Positions 1 to 7,318 of a DNA stretch of 11,869 nt are shown piece by piece. The DNA comes from Candidatus Sumerlaeaceae bacterium (GTDB taxonomy: Bacteria; Sumerlaeota; Sumerlaeia; Sumerlaeales; Sumerlaeaceae), in NCBI GenBank assembly GCA_051003195.1, contig JBPCLP010000057.1, positions 1 through 11,869 on the forward strand, in the 5' to 3' direction. The position numbers and the translations under genes were made by a program. The notes below the pieces were generated by a model. It ran no database searches. It was not told the origin of the DNA and worked only from the letters and a program-made list of their open reading frames with translations. Position 1 is the stretch's first letter, and each line of letters opens with the position of its first letter.

Positions 1-1
1 A

Positions 2-232
2 CGCAACAAAGCACAACACTCCCCTTCGGCCGGCCGACGTGCAACCTTCATCGACGGCGCAGGAGGTCGTATAGTAGTCTTCCGACGACACAAATGGGTT
101 CGCCTGCGCAGCGATTGGCTTGAGATCCGGCAGCGCGATCGAATGTGTGGCGCAGCCCGACATGGCCAGCAGCAAAGACGCACGGAACACAATCGACCGT
201 AAGACCGGAACATTATAAGTGATGTGATTCAA
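2..232 (-). CDS. 5' part of an exported lysyl oxidase-like protein (runs off the left edge; start TTG 232 or GTG 190)
   Basis: Hand translation of the - strand: (M)NHITYNVPVLRSIVFRASLLLAMSGCATHSIALPDLKPIAAQANPFVSSEDYYTTSCAVDEGCTSAGRRGVLCFVA... There is no stop to the window edge; the upstream in-frame stop is at 242-244. A signal/lipobox-like segment (LLLAMSGC) precedes LPDL...CAVDEGC...RRGVLCF, matching the LPDL...CAxEExC...RxLLRF pattern at the start of LOX catalytic domains. The His-rich copper site and LTQ residues would lie outside the window. Confidence 0.65.
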   Translation of the reverse strand, partial: MNHITYNVPVLRSIVFRASLLLAMSGCATHSIALPDLKPIAAQANPFVSSEDYYTTSCAVDEGCTSAGRRGVLCFVA

Positions 233-333
233 AAGATCCGCCTATGTAAAAGGTTCTTATGTGACGAAGTGGCCTGCTGCGTCAATGGCATTCAGCATCG
301 GCAGCGCCTAACCGCACCCCAACGCAGCGGCGG

Positions 334-347
334 GTACGATTTCGTAC
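334..347. promoter_or_regulatory. Palindromic candidate operator GTACGA-TT-TCGTAC (GTA-N8-TAC) in a divergent intergenic region
   Basis: Perfect 6-bp inverted repeat with a 2-nt spacer between the two divergent starts (232 on -, 418 on +). Function is inferred only. Confidence 0.3.
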
Positions 348-417
348 ACATGCTAGACGGCTCGAATTTCTGTCACAGCAGTCTAATCTACCTCCAACTG
401 AAGGTGGTCTCAATCGC

Positions 418-2310
418 ATGAAAAGTACCTCTGTCCGGTCTCATTTTTACTCCGTTTCAGCAATACTGCTCCTGGTTACTGCAGCCCTGCCGCAGCTCTC
501 GTCCGGCTCGCCGACGGGTGTGTTGCAGCTTCCGCCGCGACCTGCCGGTGCGCTCTCGGGTTCGCAATTCTACAGCGTTATCAACGGCATTCCCGATACC
601 GATCGCGAGCAGCTTATCATCGACCAGGTGGCGACAGGCAACGTGCCGAATTTCATGCGGACACTCAAGCCAATCACCGTGAACGTTACGATCAACGGTG
701 TAGCGCATGTTGCGACCTACTTCGTCACACCCGATTACATGTGTATCGGGTCGGACACGGATTTCTTTCGCATGCCCATGTCCGCGCCGCTTGCTCAACA
801 GGTGGCCGACATATGCAAGTGTAGCCTGCCTACACGTAAAATGGTAAACGACATCTACACGCGATGCACGATCAAGCTGGCGCCGTACACGTTCAGCCCG
901 ACAACCTACGACATCGACTCCGTTCCAGTGTTCTGGCAGCACAACGAGGCAGTTGAAAACCAGCGCGCGCAAAACGGCGGCGCGCTTGGCTCGCTCATCG
1001 GGGGCACCAAGAAAGACGTCATCATTTCACCCACCATACCCACGCGCCCGTCACCGGCGCGCGTGTGCATCTATGGATGGCATCAACTCAACGGGTCACC
1101 TATTCAGCCGCTCTCTACGGTGCACGAGTCCACCTATGAAGACTATAGCCACGGCATTCGCCTCGTGGAGACAGAGATGGTTGTCGACAGCGCCGACACA
1201 AATGTACCCGCCGTATGGGCGAACGCTAACCTCGCCGCGCTCCTTAGCGATGAGGGGGCCTTTACGTTCTCCCGATACCCAATTCCCAATCCGTATCCTT
1301 TGCCAGTGGATGCTTCGAATCACGTGACGAACGGCAGCTTCGAGAACGGGTTTACGTCAGGTGTGGGCAATGGCTGGATCAAATGGCAGGCAGCCGGCTC
1401 CAACACATTCACAGCAGGCCAGGCATCTGCCAACAAGTACGACGGCAGCTATGCGCAATACTGGTCGCGCGGCGATACTCTGGCGTTTGACGGCGGCGTA
1501 TATCAAAATGTCTCAGTCACAGCGGGGGCCACGTACGAAATTAAAGCGTTCGCCAAACGCCAGAGCGTACTGGCCGGCACTTTCGTGAAGTTCGGCTACG
1601 ATCTGTCAGGCGCTACCAACGCAACTGCCGCATCGGTAACTTATACAGATATCACTGGCAGCACGGATAACGTATGGATGCAGTACACGGCAAGTGTTGT
1701 GGCAACTGGCCCCAGCCTGACCATCTTTGCGCGCGGCGGACACACGGGTACGACGGGAGGCACTAACGCTTATTATTACCTCGATGCAGTCGCTGTTACG
1801 GAGACAGCGCCCGCACCCCCGACTGAGCTGATCGTCAACGGCGGATTCGAAAACGGGTTTACGACGGGCGTGGGCAACGGCTGGACGAAGTGGCAGGCGA
1901 CAGGATCCAACACAATCACGTGCGGACAGGCTTCCGCAAACAAGCAGGCCGGCAGCTATTCTCAGTACATGTCCCGCTCAGACACGGCGGTTTTCGACGG
2001 TGGTGTGTACCAGAAGGTTGCTGTTACTGCCGGGCAAACTTACAACATCGCCGGCTGGATCAAACGCCAGTCGCTCATAGCCGGCACCTTCATGAAAATT
2101 GGTTATGATCTCTCCGGTGGAACGAATGGTACGGCTGCCTCGGTTTCTTACACAGACCTCACCGGCTCCACCGATAATGTCTGGGTTGCGTACTCCGCCA
2201 CGGTTACTGCAACAGGCAGCACACTCACGGTCTTTTCGCGGCTCGGCCACACCGGCAGCACCGGCGGCACAAACTCCTATTTCTATCTCGATTCAGTGTC
2301 GGTAAAGTAA
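418..2310 (+). CDS. Secreted protein: signal peptide, ~260-aa uncharacterised conserved domain, two tandem CBM4/9-like (galactose-binding-like) modules
   Basis: 630-aa ORF with SD-like AAGGTGG at 401-407. Basic N-terminus plus hydrophobic core (VSAILLLVTAALP). N-domain motifs PDYMCIGSDTDFFRMPM, LPTRKMV, KKDV, IYGWH, YEDYSHGIRLV. Pro-rich linkers (YPIPNPYPLP, TAPAPPT). Two modules begin NGxFE..GW and end YLDxVxV, typical of Ca-binding CBM jelly rolls. Confidence 0.9.
   Translation: MKSTSVRSHFYSVSAILLLVTAALPQLSSGSPTGVLQLPPRPAGALSGSQFYSVINGIPDTDREQLIIDQVATGNVPNFMRTLKPITVNVTINGVAHVATYFVTPDYMCIGSDTDFFRMPMSAPLAQQVADICKCSLPTRKMVNDIYTRCTIKLAPYTFSPTTYDIDSVPVFWQHNEAVENQRAQNGGALGSLIGGTKKDVIISPTIPTRPSPARVCIYGWHQLNGSPIQPLSTVHESTYEDYSHGIRLVETEMVVDSADTNVPAVWANANLAALLSDEGAFTFSRYPIPNPYPLPVDASNHVTNGSFENGFTSGVGNGWIKWQAAGSNTFTAGQASANKYDGSYAQYWSRGDTLAFDGGVYQNVSVTAGATYEIKAFAKRQSVLAGTFVKFGYDLSGATNATAASVTYTDITGSTDNVWMQYTASVVATGPSLTIFARGGHTGTTGGTNAYYYLDAVAVTETAPAPPTELIVNGGFENGFTTGVGNGWTKWQATGSNTITCGQASANKQAGSYSQYMSRSDTAVFDGGVYQKVAVTAGQTYNIAGWIKRQSLIAGTFMKIGYDLSGGTNGTAASVSYTDLTGSTDNVWVAYSATVTATGSTLTVFSRLGHTGSTGGTNSYFYLDSVSVK
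1330..2307 (+). repeat. Intragenic tandem duplication of a 157-aa CBM-like module (1330-1800 and 1837-2307; period 507 nt)
   Basis: The two copies align without gaps; my hand count gives 112/157 identical residues (~71%). Confidence 0.92.
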
Positions 2311-2317
2311 TTCGCTT

Positions 2318-3289
2318 ATGGCTGAAGTGACGAACGCCGGACCTGACGACATTCTCGAACGCGTGCTACTACGCGAGGTGGAGCTGGCACGCGCCAACGA
2401 GGCTCTACGGCACGAGCATTTCCAGCGGCGTCGCATCGAGAAAATCCGCGAAATATTTGCGGAGCTCGGCGAAAAGTTGATCGACGCGGCCGCCCCGCGT
2501 CAGGCCGCACTCGCGATCCTGGAGGCTGCCGATCGCCTTTTCGGATGGGATGCTTCGTTCGTGGATGTGTATTCCGAACAGGACAAGCGCTTTCACCCGG
2601 TAGTACGGTTCGATGTGAAAGAGCGCGAACGCACCGAGATTCCAGCAACTTCCAGCAGCGTCTCGTTCACGCCGTTGCGTGAGCAGCTATTCAGTAAAGG
2701 GCCGCTGCTAATACTGCGCCGCGACGAGCCCGACGCGGCGGATGAGTGGCTGCTCTCATTCGGAAGCGCCGAGCACAAATCAGCCTCGCTCATGTTTGTG
2801 CCGATGTCGCGCGACGGCCGGGTCATTGGCGTGCTTTCCATTCAATCCTACGAACGCGATGCCTATAGCAGCAAAGACCTCGACCTGCTGCAGGTCCTCG
2901 GCAACTACTGCTGCCACGGTCTTCAACGCGGTTTTGCAGAAAAGAACCTGCGCCTGGTGCGGCAGAAGCTGACGCTGCTTGGAAAGGCAGTAACTGCACT
3001 CATCTGGAACGCGGATGAATACGGAATCATAATGACGGCGGAAGGCAGCGCCTGGCAAACCGCGGATCTGAATCCGGAAGATCTGGCGGGCCAGTCACTC
3101 AGCGATATCTTCCAGAATTGTACCGCAGTGCTCGTGGCACATCGTGCAGCAATGGCGGGTGCCGAAACAGAGTGCGAGTTGGTTTGGAATGGCCGGCGGC
3201 TTCATTGCCGATTCGAACCCGTTCGCGATGACGCCGACCGCGTTGTCTGCTGCCTCGCGATTGCCGTTCCGGCAATCGCTGCCGCTTAA
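2318..3289 (+). CDS. GAF domain protein with N-terminal coiled coil and C-terminal PAS-like domain; no output domain
   Basis: 323 aa, starting 7 nt after the previous stop. Helix ELARANEALRHE..RRRIE resembles sensor-kinase linkers. GAF signature SLMFVPMSRDGRVIGVLSIQSYERDAYSSKDLDLLQVL. PAS-like C-terminus IWNADEYG...PEDLAGQSLSDIF...FEPVRDDADRVVCCLAIA. Confidence 0.87.
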   Translation: MAEVTNAGPDDILERVLLREVELARANEALRHEHFQRRRIEKIREIFAELGEKLIDAAAPRQAALAILEAADRLFGWDASFVDVYSEQDKRFHPVVRFDVKERERTEIPATSSSVSFTPLREQLFSKGPLLILRRDEPDAADEWLLSFGSAEHKSASLMFVPMSRDGRVIGVLSIQSYERDAYSSKDLDLLQVLGNYCCHGLQRGFAEKNLRLVRQKLTLLGKAVTALIWNADEYGIIMTAEGSAWQTADLNPEDLAGQSLSDIFQNCTAVLVAHRAAMAGAETECELVWNGRRLHCRFEPVRDDADRVVCCLAIAVPAIAAA

Positions 3290-3936
3290 TGCACCCGCAC
3301 CAGCTTATCAGCGTCGACGACATACACATAGCCGCTCTTGATGTAGATGATCCCGCGATACTCCAGGTCCGCCATTGCCAGTGAAACGGTTTCCCGTTTG
3401 ACGCCTACAAACGATCCCAGGTCCTTGTGGGTGAGACGCAGCGGAATTCGAATAGCGGTCGGTTCAAACTCGCCGAAACGTTCAGCCAGTTCCGCCAGCA
3501 GGCCCGCCACCTTGCCGGTGCTGCTTTTGAACACAATGCGGATCAGGCGCGCCTCGATCCGGCGCCGACGGCTGTCGACCTGCGCACAAAACCCCTGCAG
3601 CAGTTCCGCGCTTCGCCCCAGCAGTTGCTGAAATGCGGCAGTCGAATAGGACAATGCTTCACCGTCTGCCAGCGCAACCGCTTCATTCGCCGCCTCTTCA
3701 ATCCAGGTGCTGCCGACCGCCGCATGGAGATTTGCAATCGGGCCAAGTACCTCTCCCGGGCCAAGAATATCCAGCGTTACAAGCTTGCCGGCGTCATTGA
3801 ACAGCCCGAGCCGCACCCGTCCTGATGTCAGCGTGAGAATATCCTTGTGCGCTAACCCAAACGGCAGTCGCTCACCCGCGGAAAAGCGCACCCGATGCGC
3901 CGTTTGGCCTGCCGCAAGCTCCGGTGTCCGCTCCAT
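3286..3936 (-). CDS. Crp/Fnr family transcriptional regulator
   Basis: cNMP-type beta-roll (SGRVRL...GKLVTLDILGPGEVLG), long C-helix, and Crp winged HTH (LTHKDLGSFVGVKRETVSLAMADLEYRGII). The stop overlaps the convergent GAF gene stop (TTAA 3286-3289). Confidence 0.92.
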   Translation of the reverse strand: MERTPELAAGQTAHRVRFSAGERLPFGLAHKDILTLTSGRVRLGLFNDAGKLVTLDILGPGEVLGPIANLHAAVGSTWIEEAANEAVALADGEALSYSTAAFQQLLGRSAELLQGFCAQVDSRRRRIEARLIRIVFKSSTGKVAGLLAELAERFGEFEPTAIRIPLRLTHKDLGSFVGVKRETVSLAMADLEYRGIIYIKSGYVYVVDADKLVRVH

Positions 3937-3983
3937 CGGGCGAAAGAAAACGCGGCGCTAAGCGAAAAGCAAGAGCCAGCGAC

Positions 3984-5291
3984 TTAAAACTCCAGGCCTG
4001 TGTGTCTCGACAAAAATGCAAACAGCTTTTCGCACACCTGGTTCCAGTTAAAGTGCTGTTCCGCCGCGTCGCGCGTAGCTGCCCCGAGCGCCCGCCATTC
4101 ATGGGGCCGGCCAACCTGGTGGATAATAGCTTTAGCGAAGCTCTCCGCATTTGGCTCGGCAAGCAGACCCACTCCGTACCGGCGCAGGATGCGACCGGTC
4201 TCGCCTACCTCACACGCGACAATCGGCCTTCCAGAAGCCACGTAATCGCTTAGCTTATGGGGGTACCGCGCGCGATCCAGCGCAATGTCTGTCAGTGGGA
4301 GCAGCAGGATGTCCGAAGCGCCAAGAAACTGAGCAATGCGCTCGAACGCTTGCCGTCCGAAGTGCCGGATCCGGTCGTGCGTGATTTCGTGAATCTCTGG
4401 CGTCGTCGCTTCAAGGTCCGCGCCAACCACGAGCAGGTAAACGTCAGGTCGCGAGCGGCACACCTTCGCAAAAGCTTCCATCAATAACCGTTCATCCATA
4501 TGGAAGTTTGCGACGTAGCCAAGAAGCACCGCACCCGTTGGCAGATCGAGACCGATACTTTGCCGCGCCGTGGTTTTGTCCAGCGGCCGGATTTCTTCCA
4601 GCGGCGCACCGCTGTGAAATACAAGGGACTTGTGCGCAAGGTCGTGCGGTCCCCACTTGTGCTGTAGAAACTCTTCCGAAATCAGCGTCACCGCGTCGGC
4701 CCAGCCATACACGACCGGCTCCCATATTTCCTCCATGGCAAAAACCAGGCGGCGCGCGAGCCGCAACGGGCGCGGCATCGATTGAAATGCGTTGGATGGA
4801 ATGACACATTGCCGATACAAGCCTTCCGAGCCTCCCCAGAGGTCTGCCCAGTCCAGCACGAACTTCGCTCCCCGCGCCTTTGCCGCAATCCCTGGCAGAA
4901 TACAATCCGGCTTGTGTGAGAATCCATACACCAGGTCCCACTTCTCGAGCACTGCGTCTCGCACCCGCACCGCATTGTCGAAGATGCTCCACCCTTCCTG
5001 GCGATCGTTAAACAGCGTGAAATAAGGCATCTCCGCCATGATCAAACCGTGGCCTGAATCCGTCCGCTGGACGTTGCTGCGCGGTTGCGCGAACGGCGAG
5101 TCACCTGCCGGCGCTGCGCGTTCGACCGATAGATCGCCCTCCCGGTAATACGAAGGCTTGTACTTGCGCCGGTTGCCGACATAGGCAAACTGCACAAAGT
5201 GACCGCGCCGCGAAAGCCGGCGCGCGATTTCCAGTGCACGAAAATAACTGCCTCGGTCCGGCAGATTATGCACGAGGAACAGTGCGCGCAT
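3984..5291 (-). CDS. Glycosyltransferase, GT-B fold, family 4
   Basis: N-terminal RALFLVH...G.YFRALEIARRLSRRGHFV, VLDWADLW, and donor-binding region DILLLP...YPHKLSDYVASGRPIVACEVGE, C-terminal FNW. SD GAGG at 5296-5299 (-). Confidence 0.93.
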   Translation of the reverse strand: MRALFLVHNLPDRGSYFRALEIARRLSRRGHFVQFAYVGNRRKYKPSYYREGDLSVERAAPAGDSPFAQPRSNVQRTDSGHGLIMAEMPYFTLFNDRQEGWSIFDNAVRVRDAVLEKWDLVYGFSHKPDCILPGIAAKARGAKFVLDWADLWGGSEGLYRQCVIPSNAFQSMPRPLRLARRLVFAMEEIWEPVVYGWADAVTLISEEFLQHKWGPHDLAHKSLVFHSGAPLEEIRPLDKTTARQSIGLDLPTGAVLLGYVANFHMDERLLMEAFAKVCRSRPDVYLLVVGADLEATTPEIHEITHDRIRHFGRQAFERIAQFLGASDILLLPLTDIALDRARYPHKLSDYVASGRPIVACEVGETGRILRRYGVGLLAEPNAESFAKAIIHQVGRPHEWRALGAATRDAAEQHFNWNQVCEKLFAFLSRHTGLEF

Positions 5292-5323
5292 GGTGCCTCA
5301 GGCGACCTGCTGTGAATGAAGTT

Positions 5324-6115
5324 TCATTTCCTGACGACAATTACTGCAAACCATGCGCGGGCTGCAAGACCTGGTATTCGCATTAAAACGCAGTCGAGTT
5401 CATGCAACGGCACCAGGCTCGCACGAAATAAGAGGGGGACCCGAATCCCGAACTGCCACGCAAACGCAAAAAACGACGTCAGGTAAAAGTTCCTTATCGT
5501 CACATTCGGAAAACTCCTTCGGAACAACTCCAGCTCCGTCTCGCCAAAGTAGCGCGCGATCGACTGCCATATCCGAGGCGCAAGCGTGCGGCGATACAGG
5601 TTCACGAATGGATTGCGTTTCAATGGCTCGATAAAGGTCCCTATGCCCGAATGCCTTAGAACACGCTGAATCTCCGGGACGGCTTTCTCCAACTGTGTGT
5701 GGATAAGAACCGATTTAGAACAGGCCGCATCAAAAATCGCATCGCGAAATGGCAGCGCCTCCGCGGCAGCTCTTACGAGCAGAAGTCTACCCGCCTGCTC
5801 TCGCTCCGCAGGAAACAGCGCGAAGCTTCCCCTCAATGCGATCAGCCGCTCGTGCGCGATATCCATGGCAACGACGGTGGAGCCTTGCGCTGCGAGGTGA
5901 AGTGCATTTGTACCAATGCCAGCGCCGATATCCAGCACACGCTTGCCTGGCAACGGGCGAAGTTGCTCCAGCGCAAACTTCTGGTCCGGCGTAAAGTAAA
6001 ACCCGAGCTCGTGCTTCGGATTGTATTCGTCTGATAGACCCGCCTTGCCGAGGTTCTGCGGATCTAAGTTCTCATTCCAGTAACTCTGCTGATCCTGCAC
6101 TTCCGGTTCAGGCAA
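5324..6115 (-). CDS. Class I SAM-dependent methyltransferase (Methyltransf_11-like)
   Basis: Motif I VLDIGAGIG, acidic residue in VVAMDIA, AEALPFRDAIFDAA, and RVLRHSG..TFIEP. I placed the start at TTG 6115 (TTGCCTGA overlaps the upstream stop) rather than ATG 6172; the start is uncertain. Confidence 0.9.
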   Translation of the reverse strand: MPEPEVQDQQSYWNENLDPQNLGKAGLSDEYNPKHELGFYFTPDQKFALEQLRPLPGKRVLDIGAGIGTNALHLAAQGSTVVAMDIAHERLIALRGSFALFPAEREQAGRLLLVRAAAEALPFRDAIFDAACSKSVLIHTQLEKAVPEIQRVLRHSGIGTFIEPLKRNPFVNLYRRTLAPRIWQSIARYFGETELELFRRSFPNVTIRNFYLTSFFAFAWQFGIRVPLLFRASLVPLHELDCVLMRIPGLAARAWFAVIVVRK

Positions 6116-6629
6116 AGTCGAACGACCGTACCCACTTGCGTAATTTGTCGCGCTGTTCGTTCCAGGCGGCATCCTTCAGCCGCAGCTTGAGAAACGCGTC
6201 GAAAATGGAATGAAAGAACTTCTCAAATTCCTCGAAAATCTCCAGCCGCACAAACACATAGTCCGGCCCGCTGGTGTTCGGGGGGGCTGGAATCTTCAGG
6301 CCGCTGATCGAGAAGTTCAGCGCGTTGAAGCCGCACGTGAAAGTCTGGTTGCGGTAGTTCAGGCGCAGCCGGGTCTTTGCCAGCTTCTTTCCCTCGCGAA
6401 AACCGATGCGGGCCTCCGGACCATCCAACGGTGTCCCGCCCTTCAGTGTCAGGTTCGTGGCCTCGCCATAGTCCGCCACAAGCTGCATCGGCGCCTCGAG
6501 CCACAACTCGAACTCCTCCACGCCGGGCACGTTCATTTTGCCGTTGTTCGTCTCGCTCATCCAGTAAAGCCAGGTGAGAAACTCCATCCCGAGAAACTCG
6601 GTGGCTGCTACTTTTTCCAGTACGCCCAC
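6108..6629 (-). CDS. Conserved hypothetical protein, FLGxEFLTWL family, possibly related to the C-terminal half of RdgC-like proteins
   Basis: About 173 aa from GTG 6629, with a purine-rich GGAAG upstream. Motifs FLGMEFLTWLYW, PEARIGFREGKK, RLEIFEE...FLKLRL...W. The RdgC link is from memory of similar proteins and is unverified; the CDS itself is more secure than the name. Confidence 0.7.
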   Translation of the reverse strand: MGVLEKVAATEFLGMEFLTWLYWMSETNNGKMNVPGVEEFELWLEAPMQLVADYGEATNLTLKGGTPLDGPEARIGFREGKKLAKTRLRLNYRNQTFTCGFNALNFSISGLKIPAPPNTSGPDYVFVRLEIFEEFEKFFHSIFDAFLKLRLKDAAWNEQRDKLRKWVRSFDFA

Positions 6630-6814
6630 AGTACTTCCATTTCCAGTGTCGAAGTGCGGGAAGATGACAGCAGCCGCTTGTAAGCGGAGCAAGGATTTTA
6701 ACAGGAACAAAGCGCCTGGCCGGGTAACACGCAGAAAAGGGAGGAGGTGTTTAAATTGCCTTGTGCTAAGCCCGTGGGCGATGGACTTGATCACCCAAAA
6801 GCGGGAGAAAAGCA

Positions 6815-7309
6815 ATGCCGTCTGTAGACGTAGTCAGCGAAGTCGACCTGCAGGAGGTCGATAATGCGGTCAACACCGTCATCAAAGAAATCCAGAACCG
6901 CTACGATTTCCGCGGCAGCAAGACCGAGGTCGAGCTGAACAAAAAGGACAAGACGATCAAGCTTGTCACGGAAGACGATATGAAGCTGAAAGCGATACAG
7001 GATATGCTCGTCAGCCGGTTCATCGCGCGCAAATTATCGCCAAAGGTGCTGGATTTTGGCACAGAGGAAGGCGCTGCGCTTGGCATGAAACGCGTCAGCG
7101 TGAAGCTGAAGGAAGGCCTGGACGCAGACAACACGCGCCGCGTGACAAAGCTGGTGAAAGAGAGCAAGCTGAAGGTGCAGGCGGCGATCCAGGGCGAGCA
7201 GGTGCGCCTGACCGGCACCAAGATCGACGACCTCCAGGCCGTCATGCAGATGCTCCGCGGCAATGAGGAGATCACGGTCCCTCTTCAGTTTACCAACATG
7301 AAGCGGTGA
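6815..7309 (+). CDS. yajQ: YajQ family nucleotide (c-di-GMP)-binding protein
   Basis: MPSVDVVSEVDLQEVDNAVN, RYDFRGSK, KLKVQAAIQGEQVRLTG.KIDDLQ, PLQFTN; 164 aa; SD GGGAG at 6803-6807. Confidence 0.97.
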   Translation: MPSVDVVSEVDLQEVDNAVNTVIKEIQNRYDFRGSKTEVELNKKDKTIKLVTEDDMKLKAIQDMLVSRFIARKLSPKVLDFGTEEGAALGMKRVSVKLKEGLDADNTRRVTKLVKESKLKVQAAIQGEQVRLTGTKIDDLQAVMQMLRGNEEITVPLQFTNMKR

Positions 7310-7318
7310 ATCTGATAG

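Noticed and set aside
223..377. Canonical CRP site from TGTGA and TCACA half-sites
   Set aside because: The half-sites are isolated; none forms TGTGA-N6-TCACA.
224..421. 65-aa + strand ORF
   Set aside because: No recognisable motifs; it spans the likely divergent promoter region.
1081..2307. Diversity-generating retroelement (CLec-like domain plus a repeat pair)
   Set aside because: No reverse transcriptase in the window. The repeats are in-frame protein modules with mismatches at all bases rather than adenine-specific ones, and I saw no second copy of the YSHGIRLV region.
6630..6815. 62-aa N-terminal extension of the 6108..6815 ORF
   Set aside because: It would fill the divergent intergenic region and touch the yajQ start; protein-like motifs begin only near GTG 6629.
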